From the NCBI GenBank assembly GCA_965249725.1, contig CBDFMQ010000002.1, positions 2,048,001 through 2,112,000 on the forward strand: 64,000 nt of DNA. The letters are read 5' to 3'. This DNA comes from Longimicrobiales bacterium (GTDB lineage: Bacteria > Gemmatimonadota > Gemmatimonadetes > Longimicrobiales > Gaopeijiaceae). The position numbers were made by a program, and so were the translations under genes. A model generated the notes under the pieces. The model ran no database searches. It saw only the letters and a list, made by a program, of their open reading frames with translations, and was not told the DNA's origin. Of this stretch, positions 20,721-29,380 are shown one piece after another; position 1 is the stretch's first letter, and every line of letters starts with the position of its first letter.

Positions 20721-20947
20721 TCCTTGCCTCCTGGGTCTTACCAGAGATCTCCGCATTCCCGGCACGTGGGGGACCGATCCCGGGCCCCCTCGTCGGGCGT
20801 ACAATATGGCATGCACGCGAGGCGTCAGGCGAGCGACCTCCCGCGTCGCCCGGGCTTGCCTCCCCGTGGACCCATCTCCACAATCGCACGATTCGATCGC
20901 ACTGCACCTGATCCACTCACGCACAGCAACTTGGGAGGACCCCGAGT

Positions 20948-21724
20948 ATGGAAGACCTCTTCCTGGAGCACCTGGCCTGGCCCGACGTGGCGAAGGCACT
21001 CGAGGAGGGCTACACGACCGTCGTGGTCCCGGTGGGCGCCGTGGAGCAGCACGGCCCCCACCTCCCGCTCTGCGTGGACGCCGAGCGTGGCACCCGACTT
21101 GGCCTCGAAATCGCGAAGCGACTGCGCCACGCCCTGGTGGCTCCGACGATCCGGGTCGGGTGCTCGGAGCACCACATGGCCTTTCCGGGGACGCTCTCTC
21201 TTCGAGAGTCGACCCTTCGGGCGGTGTGTAGCGACTATTGTGCCAGCCTCTCGAAGCACGGCTTCACGAAGATCTGCCTGGTGCCCTCGCACGGCGGCAA
21301 CTTCGCCCCTCTCACGCGAATGCTCGATGACCTCCAGCGGGCCGTGTCCCCCGGATGCACCGTCCTGGCCTACACGGACCTGATGGGATTCCTCGAGGTC
21401 TGGAAGCGCGTCGTGGGCGAGGCCGGGATGGGTGAACGCGTGGGCGGCCACGCCGATGTGGCCGAGGGATCGGAGATGCTGGCCATCCGACCCGAACTGG
21501 TGAGGACGGAACGCGCCGAGAGCGGGTACACGGGCGAGACGTCCCCAGAACTGCTGGATCGGATCTTCCGTGAGGGCCTCCAGTCCGTCACCGAGAACGG
21601 CATTCTGGGCGACGCGAGAGGATTGAGCTCAGAACTCGGAGAACGGTGCCTCGCGGAGGGAGCCGACGTCATTGCGGCCTCCTTCGCCAGGCCTGAGGGG
21701 GCTTCGCAGCCACCGCACGGATAA
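20948..21724 (+). CDS. Creatininase family protein
   Basis: PVGAVEQHGPHLP, SEHHMAFPGT, SHGGN, GHADVAE. Confidence 0.92.
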   Translation: MEDLFLEHLAWPDVAKALEEGYTTVVVPVGAVEQHGPHLPLCVDAERGTRLGLEIAKRLRHALVAPTIRVGCSEHHMAFPGTLSLRESTLRAVCSDYCASLSKHGFTKICLVPSHGGNFAPLTRMLDDLQRAVSPGCTVLAYTDLMGFLEVWKRVVGEAGMGERVGGHADVAEGSEMLAIRPELVRTERAESGYTGETSPELLDRIFREGLQSVTENGILGDARGLSSELGERCLAEGADVIAASFARPEGASQPPHG

Positions 21725-21884
21725 CGCTCTCCCGCCTCGGACGATGAGGCCGGTACGCACCGGACGTCGGCTGGCCGCAGTTCGGAGCGAAAAGCGTTGG
21801 TCCACCCCACCCCTGGAGCTATCGTGTGGTGGGCCTCCTGTGGCCCGGGCGAAATCGTCACGCAACTCTTGCCTGGAGATGCAC

Positions 21885-22070
21885 ATGTCGGGTATCGCGA
21901 AGCTCTTCGTTCTCCTCTCCCTTGTCGCCTTCCTGCTTGCCGTAGTCGGCTCCTGGATGGGTGCCATGCTCGGCGTCGGAGCCGAGGCCTACTCCAGGGC
22001 CTGCACTAACCTGGCCCTGATGGCTATCGCCATCACCATGGTCTTCCCGGAAGAGGGATCGGCCAGCTAG
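21885..22070 (+). CDS. Small two-TM membrane protein
   Basis: GGAG RBS; two hydrophobic helices flanking AEAYSRACTNLAL. Confidence 0.65.
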   Translation: MSGIAKLFVLLSLVAFLLAVVGSWMGAMLGVGAEAYSRACTNLALMAIAITMVFPEEGSAS

Positions 22071-22241
22071 AACGCCGTCCACCGGGCCCTCAGGGGTCCG
22101 GCCCAAATTGGCGTTTCCCGTCCTCAGACGTATTGTGTCCGCCGAGATCCTCCGGTGGGGTTCGCGCCGCCGCGCCGGAGGTTCCGGCTATACGAGCGAT
22201 CCTCGGATTGGTGCCCCCGTCGGTGCCAGAAGGAGCACTGC

Positions 22242-22868
22242 ATGGCGTCAGGTACGACCTCGCTTCCGGTTCGAAGGTCCTTCGGTCAGACGACCCGTCC
22301 CGGCGCGTGGTGGCTGCAGCCCGTAGCCGTCTTCCTGGGCCTGAGTGCCTTCATCGTCTACTCCACTTGGGCCGCCTTCCAGGGCGAGCACTATTCGTTC
22401 GCTAGCTACCTGTCTCCCTTCTATTCCCCCGAGCTTTTCGGGGCGACGCACCACGCCTGGTTCGGCCCGCAGCCGAGTTGGTGGTTCGGCTGGCTCCCTT
22501 GGTCCCCGGCATTCCTCATCTTGTGGGCACCGGGCGGCTTCCGGCTGACGTGCTATTACTACAGGGGAGCCTACTACAAGGCGTTCTGGGCTGACCCGCC
22601 CTCTTGCGCGGTGGGGGAGCCCCGCAAGACCTACTGGGGAGAGCGTTCCTTCCCGCTGATCATGCAGAACGCGCACCGGTACTTCGTGTACAGAACCGAG
22701 CAGGGAGTGGGGCTCTGCAACATCACCAAGTGCTGCACAAAGGTCTGTCCGGAGGGTATCACCATCACCGACAACGCGATCATTCCGCTCAAGGAGCGGG
22801 TCGCGGACGGGGCATACGATCCCGTCGGAAAGCTGATCCAGTTGGTCGCAGGACGTTCGAAGGATTGA
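22242..22868 (+). pseudogene. Chimeric remnant of an Sdh1-type succinate dehydrogenase operon (membrane subunit N-half fused to Fe-S subunit C-tail)
   Basis: YLSPFYSP, FRLTCYYYRGAYYKAFW.DPP.CAV, QNAHRYF (membrane subunit) joined in frame near 22691 to GLCNITKCCTKVCPEGITITDNAIIPLKER (Fe-S subunit). Confidence 0.85.
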
Positions 22869-22871
22869 ATT

Positions 22872-23375
22872 ATGGAATTCGAGCTGAAAGCCATCTCACC
22901 GGATAATATCGAGGCCGCGAAGGAGAAGGCCGTCCGATACCGGTTGCTGAACGAACCGGCTCTTGCCGAGAGTATCTGCCGCGACGTGCTGTCCGTGGCT
23001 CCGGACGATCGCGAGGCCACGATCACGCTGCTGCTCTCACTCACCGACCAGTTCACCTCTCCGAGAGGATCTCGCGTGCGGGAAGCGACGGAGCTGGTCG
23101 AGCAACTCGAGAGCGACTACGACAAGCGGTACTATTCCGGCATGATCTGCGAGCGGCGGGGTCTCGCCGCCTTGGCCAAGCCGGGTCCGGGAACCGGTCC
23201 CATCGCATACGACTGGCTACGCAGGGCCATGGATCACTACGAGTCGGCGAACGAAGTCGGGCCCGACGGCAACGGAGAGGCACTCCTTCGCTGGAACACC
23301 TGCGCCCGGGTCATCATGCGCGATCGCCAGATACGGCCTGTATCGGAAGAGCACGCGCCCACGATGCTGGAGTAG
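22872..23375 (+). CDS. Conserved helical hypothetical protein
   Basis: Long ORF 3 nt after the sdh remnant; KAVRYRLLNEPALAESIC...LRWNTCAR. Confidence 0.75.
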   Translation: MEFELKAISPDNIEAAKEKAVRYRLLNEPALAESICRDVLSVAPDDREATITLLLSLTDQFTSPRGSRVREATELVEQLESDYDKRYYSGMICERRGLAALAKPGPGTGPIAYDWLRRAMDHYESANEVGPDGNGEALLRWNTCARVIMRDRQIRPVSEEHAPTMLE

Positions 23376-23380
23376 TCTCC

Positions 23381-24025
23381 CTACGCCTTTTCACCCTCCG
23401 GATGCTGCAGATCGAACACCGCAGCGGCCGCCACACCACCCAGGACCGGGCCCACGAGGTAGATCCACAGGCTCGTCAAGGATCCATCGCCGGCAAACGT
23501 ATCCACAAGGATCGGGCCTGTGCCAACGGCAGGGTTGAAGACGCCGCCCGACACACCTCCGACTGCGAACGCACCCACCATGACGGTGAATCCGATCGCG
23601 AGGCCATAGTAAGAGTTACCGGCGGTCGCGTCGTCGGTCGCGACGTTGAGAATGACGAGCGCCAACGCGAAGGTGAAGAGCGCCTCACTCAGCAGCACCG
23701 CCACCAGCCCGACCTCGGCTCCCGGTGCCGGGGCGAAAGTGCTGCCGGTGATTACTAGCACCGCGAGGCTGGCCAGGACCGCGCCGAGGACCTGCGCGAC
23801 GATGTAGGGCAAGAGGTCGCGGCCCTCCATCTTGCCTCTGATGAGAATCGCGATGCTGATGGCCGGGTTGTAGTGCGCGCCGGATATGTGTCCACCCATG
23901 TAGACCATGACCATGAGGGCCGACCCGATGGCCAGTGGAGCCAACGGAGTCCCGTCCAGCACGGTCAGCCCGATGGTGAGCACCAGAAAGAACGTCCCGA
24001 TGGCTTCGGTCAGGTAGCGACTCAT
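23381..24025 (-). CDS. Aquaporin (MIP family)
   Basis: ISGAHYNPA and GGVFNPA NPA boxes; WIYLVGP. Confidence 0.95.
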   Translation of the reverse strand: MSRYLTEAIGTFFLVLTIGLTVLDGTPLAPLAIGSALMVMVYMGGHISGAHYNPAISIAILIRGKMEGRDLLPYIVAQVLGAVLASLAVLVITGSTFAPAPGAEVGLVAVLLSEALFTFALALVILNVATDDATAGNSYYGLAIGFTVMVGAFAVGGVSGGVFNPAVGTGPILVDTFAGDGSLTSLWIYLVGPVLGGVAAAAVFDLQHPEGEKA

Positions 24026-24171
24026 GGTATGGAGACTCCAGTTCTAATGGGGGCGGCGAGTCCCGTCCGTCGTCGGACGAAGACCGCGCTCACGGCGTCG
24101 AATGGCCCAGTTTGCGCGCCGGCCCGCCGGCCTGCAACCTTCGGCATGAACGCTGCCGCGACGGACTCGAC

Positions 24172-25122
24172 ATGACCGACACCCCCCGCGCCCGGGCGTA
24201 CGCGCCAGCGACCGTGGGCAACGTCCTGTGCGGCTTCGACGTGTTCGGCCTGGCCCTCGAGCGCCCCGGAGACGTAGTCGAGGCCCGGCGCTGCCCCGAG
24301 CCGGGAGTGGCGATCAAGGCGATTCACGGGGACGGCGGGCGCCTTCCGGTCGACCCGGAGCAGAACGCGGTGGGTGTCGCGGCAACGGCGGTGATCGAGG
24401 CCGCGGGTCTACAGGGTGTCGGAGTCGAGCTCGAGGTTTGGAAGGGGCTGCCGCTCTCGGGGGGTATGGGTGGCAGCGCCGCCAGCTCCGTGGCCGCGGT
24501 GGTCGCCACCAACGCCCTGCTCGGCGCGGGACTGAGCATGGAGGACCAGCTGCTGTGCACGTTGGAGGGTGAACGTCGCGTCGCCGGTTCCACGCACTCG
24601 GACAACAGTGCCCCTTCCCTTCACGGCGGCATCGTCATGGTGCGGCCCGAGCGCCCGGGCGTCGCCATCCCGCTCCCCGTGCCCGAGGGTCTCGCCGTCG
24701 CTCTGGTCCACCCTCCTCTCGAACTGGGGACGGGGGCGATGAGAGAAGCCCTCCCCGAGGCGGTTCCGCTCGACCGCGCCGTGGCCCAGTGGGCGAACTG
24801 TGCCGCCCTGGTCGTCGGCCTCTACGAGGAAGACTGGGACCTGATCGGCCGAGCGCTGGTCGATGAGATCGCAGCGCCATATCGGAGCCCGCACGTAAAG
24901 GGCTTCGATGCGGTCCGCTCGGCGGCCATCGAGGCCGGCGCCGTAGGGGCGGGGTTGTCCGGGTCCGGCCCTTCGATGTTCGCACTCTGCCGGAACATCT
25001 CAGACGCGGCAGCCGCCGCGGACGCGATGAAGCTGGCCTTCGCCGACGTGGGCCTCGAGGGTGTCGACCGCTTTGTGTCCCTGGTCGGGAGCGGGGCGCG
25101 CGTCGTCGAGGACCTGCCTTGA
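24172..25122 (+). CDS. thrB: Homoserine kinase
   Basis: APATVGNVLCGFD, PLSGGMGGSAAS GHMP motif, HSDN, LSGSGPS. Confidence 0.93.
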   Translation: MTDTPRARAYAPATVGNVLCGFDVFGLALERPGDVVEARRCPEPGVAIKAIHGDGGRLPVDPEQNAVGVAATAVIEAAGLQGVGVELEVWKGLPLSGGMGGSAASSVAAVVATNALLGAGLSMEDQLLCTLEGERRVAGSTHSDNSAPSLHGGIVMVRPERPGVAIPLPVPEGLAVALVHPPLELGTGAMREALPEAVPLDRAVAQWANCAALVVGLYEEDWDLIGRALVDEIAAPYRSPHVKGFDAVRSAAIEAGAVGAGLSGSGPSMFALCRNISDAAAAADAMKLAFADVGLEGVDRFVSLVGSGARVVEDLP

Positions 25123-26435
25123 GGCTGATCAGCACAGCCGGCGGCAGTCCTGCAGCCGACCTGAAGACGGCACTGCTTCAAGGGCTCGCCCCGGACGGGG
25201 GTCTCTACCTGCCCGAGCGCTTCACACCGCTTCCGGCGGCCACCCTGGAGAGTCTGAGAGGTCGACCGTTCGTGAGGGTCGCACGGGAGGTGGCGAACCA
25301 CCTCCTCGCCGGCCAGGTCGCGGCTACGGAGTTGGAGGCCATCGTGGACGCGGCGCTTGACTTTCCGGTACCGCTCCTCGAGTTGGAGCCGGACCTTCAT
25401 GTATTGGAGCTCTTCCACGGTCCGACGTTGGCCTTCAAGGACGTAGGGGCTCGCTTCATGGCGAGACTCCTCGGCCACGTCAGAAGGGACGACGAAGAGG
25501 AGATCACTATTCTGGTGGCGACGTCGGGCGACACGGGAAGCGCCGTCGCCGATGCGTTCCTGGACGTCTCAGGGGTCCGGACGGTAGTCCTGTATCCCCG
25601 GGGACGGGTGAGCGCGCTTCAGGAGCGGCAGTTCACCACACTCGGCGGCAACGTTCACGCGCTTGAGATGGACGGCACCTTCGACGACTGCCAACGGATG
25701 GTCAAGGAGGCCTTTGCCGACCGCGAGCTCCGATCTCAGCTTCGCCTGACCTCGGCCAATTCCATCAACATCGGCCGTCTTCTACCCCAGATCTTCTACT
25801 ACTTCCACGCCTGGGCCCAGCTGCCTGAGGGATCGCCACCTCTGTTTTGCGTGCCTTCCGGCAACTTCGGCAACCTCACGGGCGGACTCATCGCGAAGAG
25901 GCTCGGGCTCCCGACGCGGGGGTTCGTCGCGGCTACGAATGTGAACGACACTGTGCCCGAGTACTTGAACACCGGCGTTGTACGGACCAAGCCCTCGGTA
26001 CAGACCATCTCGAAAGCCATGGACGTGGGGGATCCCAGCAACCTGGCCCGTATCCTGACGCTCTATGACCAGGACGTCGGCAGTCTCAGGGCCGACGTGA
26101 CCGGGAGCGTGCATGACGATACCGAGACTCGCCGAGCCATCCGGGAGGTACACGAAGCGACGGGGTACACACTGGATCCCCACTCCGCGGTGGCCTATCT
26201 CGGAGTCGCGGCTGGCCGGGCCGCGTTCGGCGACGGACCCGCCGTATGCATTGCCACGGCCCATCCGGTGAAGTTCCGCGACGTGGTTGAAGTCGAGATC
26301 GGAGTGTCGGTACCGGTGCCGGAGCGCTTGGCCGCCCGAATGGCGGGAGAACGATCCGTCACGACGATAGGGGCACCGGCGGGGGCACCGGCGGGTGCAC
26401 AAGCGGGTGCGCTACGCGACGTGCTACTCGGCTGA
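25119..26435 (+). CDS. thrC: Threonine synthase
   Basis: GLAPDGGLYLP, ELFHGPTLAFKD, ATSGDTG, PSGNFGN; 4-nt overlap with thrB. Confidence 0.96.
   Translation: MRLISTAGGSPAADLKTALLQGLAPDGGLYLPERFTPLPAATLESLRGRPFVRVAREVANHLLAGQVAATELEAIVDAALDFPVPLLELEPDLHVLELFHGPTLAFKDVGARFMARLLGHVRRDDEEEITILVATSGDTGSAVADAFLDVSGVRTVVLYPRGRVSALQERQFTTLGGNVHALEMDGTFDDCQRMVKEAFADRELRSQLRLTSANSINIGRLLPQIFYYFHAWAQLPEGSPPLFCVPSGNFGNLTGGLIAKRLGLPTRGFVAATNVNDTVPEYLNTGVVRTKPSVQTISKAMDVGDPSNLARILTLYDQDVGSLRADVTGSVHDDTETRRAIREVHEATGYTLDPHSAVAYLGVAAGRAAFGDGPAVCIATAHPVKFRDVVEVEIGVSVPVPERLAARMAGERSVTTIGAPAGAPAGAQAGALRDVLLG
26370..26411. repeat. 12-bp degenerate tandem repeat within the thrC 3' end
   Basis: GGGGCACCGGCG x2, GGTGCACAAGCG, GGTGCG; encodes GAPA-GAPA-GAQA-GA. 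Confidence 0.8.
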
Positions 26436-26436
26436 C

Positions 26437-27756
26437 CTACCCCCGACGACGCCCCCTGGGGCCCGCGTCGTTGAACTCCTCTTCGCTGAGCTTGAACCCC
26501 TCCGCCAACTCTGCGTCCTCATCCAGGCCCATGACGCGCCTGGCGATGTACTCTCCCAACACAGGCCCCTGCTTGAACGACTCGGCCGATCCACCGCCGG
26601 CCAGCCAGACGTTGTCGAAGTCGGGATGCTTGTCGATGTTGAAGTTCCGGGAGACGCTGCTCTCGTAGTGGCACGAGCGGGTCTCGTTGATCGGCATGTC
26701 GGCCAGGCCCGGGAACCAGTCCCGCAGTACCTGCCGGGGTCGTTCGTGTTGATCTTCGGGAATCCACCGGTCACTCACATCCGGATCTTCGGGCGGCTTT
26801 CCCCCCGTCCTCACCCTGAAGCCACGATGGTCGCGTCCGAGCGCGGGCCAACCAGTCACGCCGGGAATCCCGTAGCTCGGGAGGTTTGGGAATGAATAGC
26901 TGTTGTCTCCCGGGGGAACCGCGAAGTAGAAGGTGTTCCCCATCGAGATCCTCAGGCGTTTGCCCATGAGTTCGGGGAAGACCTTCGGGAACCACGGGCC
27001 GCAGGCGAAAACGAACGTCGCCGCAGAGACGGAACCGCCCGGCTGAAGGTTCACGCTGTTCAATTGTCGACCGTCTCGCTCGCCCATCTCGGCCGCGGCC
27101 AGGGTCACTTCGCCGCCCTCTTTGCGGAAGACCTCGGCCACCGCCTCGATGGACCGACGAGCCCGCACCACACCCGCCTGCGGCTCGTACAGGCCTACAC
27201 CCATCTCCTGCTCCGGACCGATTACCGGCCATCGGTAGCGGATCTCGTCGGGGGTGAGCACCTCGTAGGGCACGCCCAATGTGTCCCAGTCGGCCATGGT
27301 GTCCTCGAGATACGGCATCATCTCGGGCCGAATGATGAGGTCACCTGTGTTGAAGAAGAGCTTGGGCAGAAGCTGACGACCCCACTCCTCATCCCACATC
27401 GCCCAACGCGTCCTGGCCTCGTTGGCCCAGCGATTCCAGAGCAGCCCGTTCGGCCGGCCGCCGTAAGACGAACGGACCCCGCGGGTCTCGCCTCCGGACG
27501 TCGACCGGGAGTTCCCCGGCCCGTACTTGTCGACGACGGTGACGTTCGCGCCGAGCCGAGAAAGGTAGAAGGACGTCCAGATGCCGAAGTTGCCCGCTCC
27601 GATCACCACGACGTCCGGAGCCTGACCCGAGCGCGCATCGGGTGCACCGCGCAGTTCGGGTGAGTGGATGGCAGCTGAAGACGGCGTGAAACCGGCGAGG
27701 CTCATCCCCGCGCCCGCCGTCGCCACTTTGAGAAAGCTTCTTCGGTCCACGCTCAT
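26437..27756 (-). CDS. Tat-exported FAD-dependent oxidoreductase (monomeric sarcosine oxidase/DAO family)
   Basis: DRRSFLK Tat motif, VIGAGNFG Rossmann motif, STSGGETR, GGGSAESFKQGP. Confidence 0.85.
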   Translation of the reverse strand: MSVDRRSFLKVATAGAGMSLAGFTPSSAAIHSPELRGAPDARSGQAPDVVVIGAGNFGIWTSFYLSRLGANVTVVDKYGPGNSRSTSGGETRGVRSSYGGRPNGLLWNRWANEARTRWAMWDEEWGRQLLPKLFFNTGDLIIRPEMMPYLEDTMADWDTLGVPYEVLTPDEIRYRWPVIGPEQEMGVGLYEPQAGVVRARRSIEAVAEVFRKEGGEVTLAAAEMGERDGRQLNSVNLQPGGSVSAATFVFACGPWFPKVFPELMGKRLRISMGNTFYFAVPPGDNSYSFPNLPSYGIPGVTGWPALGRDHRGFRVRTGGKPPEDPDVSDRWIPEDQHERPRQVLRDWFPGLADMPINETRSCHYESSVSRNFNIDKHPDFDNVWLAGGGSAESFKQGPVLGEYIARRVMGLDEDAELAEGFKLSEEEFNDAGPRGRRRG

Positions 27757-27769
27757 GAGGCGTTCATCC

Positions 27770-28294
27770 CTATCGGGCCGACTGCACGTCCGGCCACAGG
27801 GCGAGGGCTCTCATCGCCGTCCGGTTGGGCTTGAGCTCGGTGGTCCCCGGGGGATATCCGTTGAGCTCGAGCATGTACGCAATGATGTCGGTATAGGTCT
27901 GGGCGGGGAGCCCTCCCGGGTTGTCGTCCGGCATGCTGAACGCGATGGAGGCATACAGATCACGGACCGTCCGACCTCTCCATTGGCGCTCGAAGGTGGA
28001 GCCGCGAAACTCGCTGGATGCATGGCAAGAGAGGCACGTCTCTCTGAAGAACCCCTCACCCCGAACCGCTTGGTCGGCAGAGTAGAAGGCAGGGAGGGCT
28101 CGAGTATCGGCGCCCGAATCACTGGCCACCGCGACGGATGCATCAGACCCGGCGGCCTCCGACGCAGACGTTGCCGTCGCTCCCTCAGAGTTCGTAGGCG
28201 CGGCCGAGCCGGTCGCCACTCCCTCAGGAGACGATGCACAGCCGGTGAGAACCAGCAATGCCCAGGTGGCCCAAGGCTTGATGTGTCCCTTCAT
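27770..28294 (-). CDS. Monoheme cytochrome c lipoprotein
   Basis: LTGC lipobox, CLSCH heme motif, distal SMP. Confidence 0.88.
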   Translation of the reverse strand: MKGHIKPWATWALLVLTGCASSPEGVATGSAAPTNSEGATATSASEAAGSDASVAVASDSGADTRALPAFYSADQAVRGEGFFRETCLSCHASSEFRGSTFERQWRGRTVRDLYASIAFSMPDDNPGGLPAQTYTDIIAYMLELNGYPPGTTELKPNRTAMRALALWPDVQSAR

Positions 28295-28612
28295 GCATGT
28301 CCTTTTCTTGCCGAACCCAAACGTGGTGCCTACCACCGACCTGAGGCAAGAGCCTACCGCCGACGAGTTCGTACACACCTGACCGCCGACGCAAGATGAC
28401 ACGTGTCACCGCCTCCGCGTTGAGAGTGGATGCCCCGGGCGAAGCAACGTTCGCCCCGATCGGCGGCATCATTGTGGTGAACAGCGGTGCGGAAGGGATG
28501 TTCATTCTGCGTAAGCGGGAGCGGAATCTGATTCCGTAACCTCCCGACGACCCGGCGCTCGTGGAGCGCCTTACGCCCTCCTCGCGCCTAGGTGCGGGGA
28601 GGGCGTTTCCAC

Positions 28613-29380
28613 TCAGATCGCTTCGAGCACCTCGAGGTGGACCCAACCCACCTTGCCATCCTCCAATACCACCTCGGCCCATGCCTCGGCCCGGCGGTCC
28701 ACCCGCACTTTGGTGCCCTCGTGGACCGTGAAGATCGCGAGAGTCTCGTCGTCTACGGGGGCGCTCATGACCTCGACCTGAGGTACCATGATGACGGCCT
28801 CCTCCGCCTGGCCGATCCCCAACTCCCGGATGGCCAGGTTGAGCCCCAGCACCAGCAGTACTCCTCCCGCGGCGATCGCGACGCGTCCGCCCCAGAGCGC
28901 AGACCACGTTCCCCGCCTCATCACCAGGACGATCACACCGACCATTCCGGTCACATAGGCGCCTGATACGAGCAGAATCAGCAGCGATCGGGGCAGAAGA
29001 TCGACCCACCACGTCCACGCATCGAGCACCCAGAATCTGGGCAGAGGTTCGATGTCGTCGGCCGTGAGGGACCGGGCGAGGGCGAGGTTGGCACGCACGT
29101 CCTCGTCCCCGGGAAGCAACCGGCGTGCTCGCTCATAGTTCAAGATGGAGCGGGCCAGGTCGCCGATCTTGAAGTACGTGTTCGCGATGTTGTAGTGGAC
29201 CTCGCCGCTCTCGAGCCCGGCGTCGACCACTCGCATGTAGCTGGACAGGGCACCCTCGAAGTCACCCTCCTGGTAGAGCCGGTTTCCCTCCTGGTAGAAC
29301 TCGACCTGGACCGAGGCCGCTCCGGAGGCGGTGAGCACGAGAGCCCACAAGACGAGGGCGGAGCTGCGCGCAACCATCAC
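28613..29380 (-). CDS. batE: BatE-like TPR + SH3 protein
   Basis: N-terminal TPR, two TM helices, HEGTKV...GKVGWV SH3 end; position in the bat operon. Confidence 0.82.
   Translation of the reverse strand: MMVARSSALVLWALVLTASGAASVQVEFYQEGNRLYQEGDFEGALSSYMRVVDAGLESGEVHYNIANTYFKIGDLARSILNYERARRLLPGDEDVRANLALARSLTADDIEPLPRFWVLDAWTWWVDLLPRSLLILLVSGAYVTGMVGVIVLVMRRGTWSALWGGRVAIAAGGVLLVLGLNLAIRELGIGQAEEAVIMVPQVEVMSAPVDDETLAIFTVHEGTKVRVDRRAEAWAEVVLEDGKVGWVHLEVLEAI

Noticed and set aside
20948..21724. Mycofactocin/RiPP peptidase (MftE)
   Set aside because: No radical SAM enzyme or precursor peptide nearby; generic creatininase-family call kept
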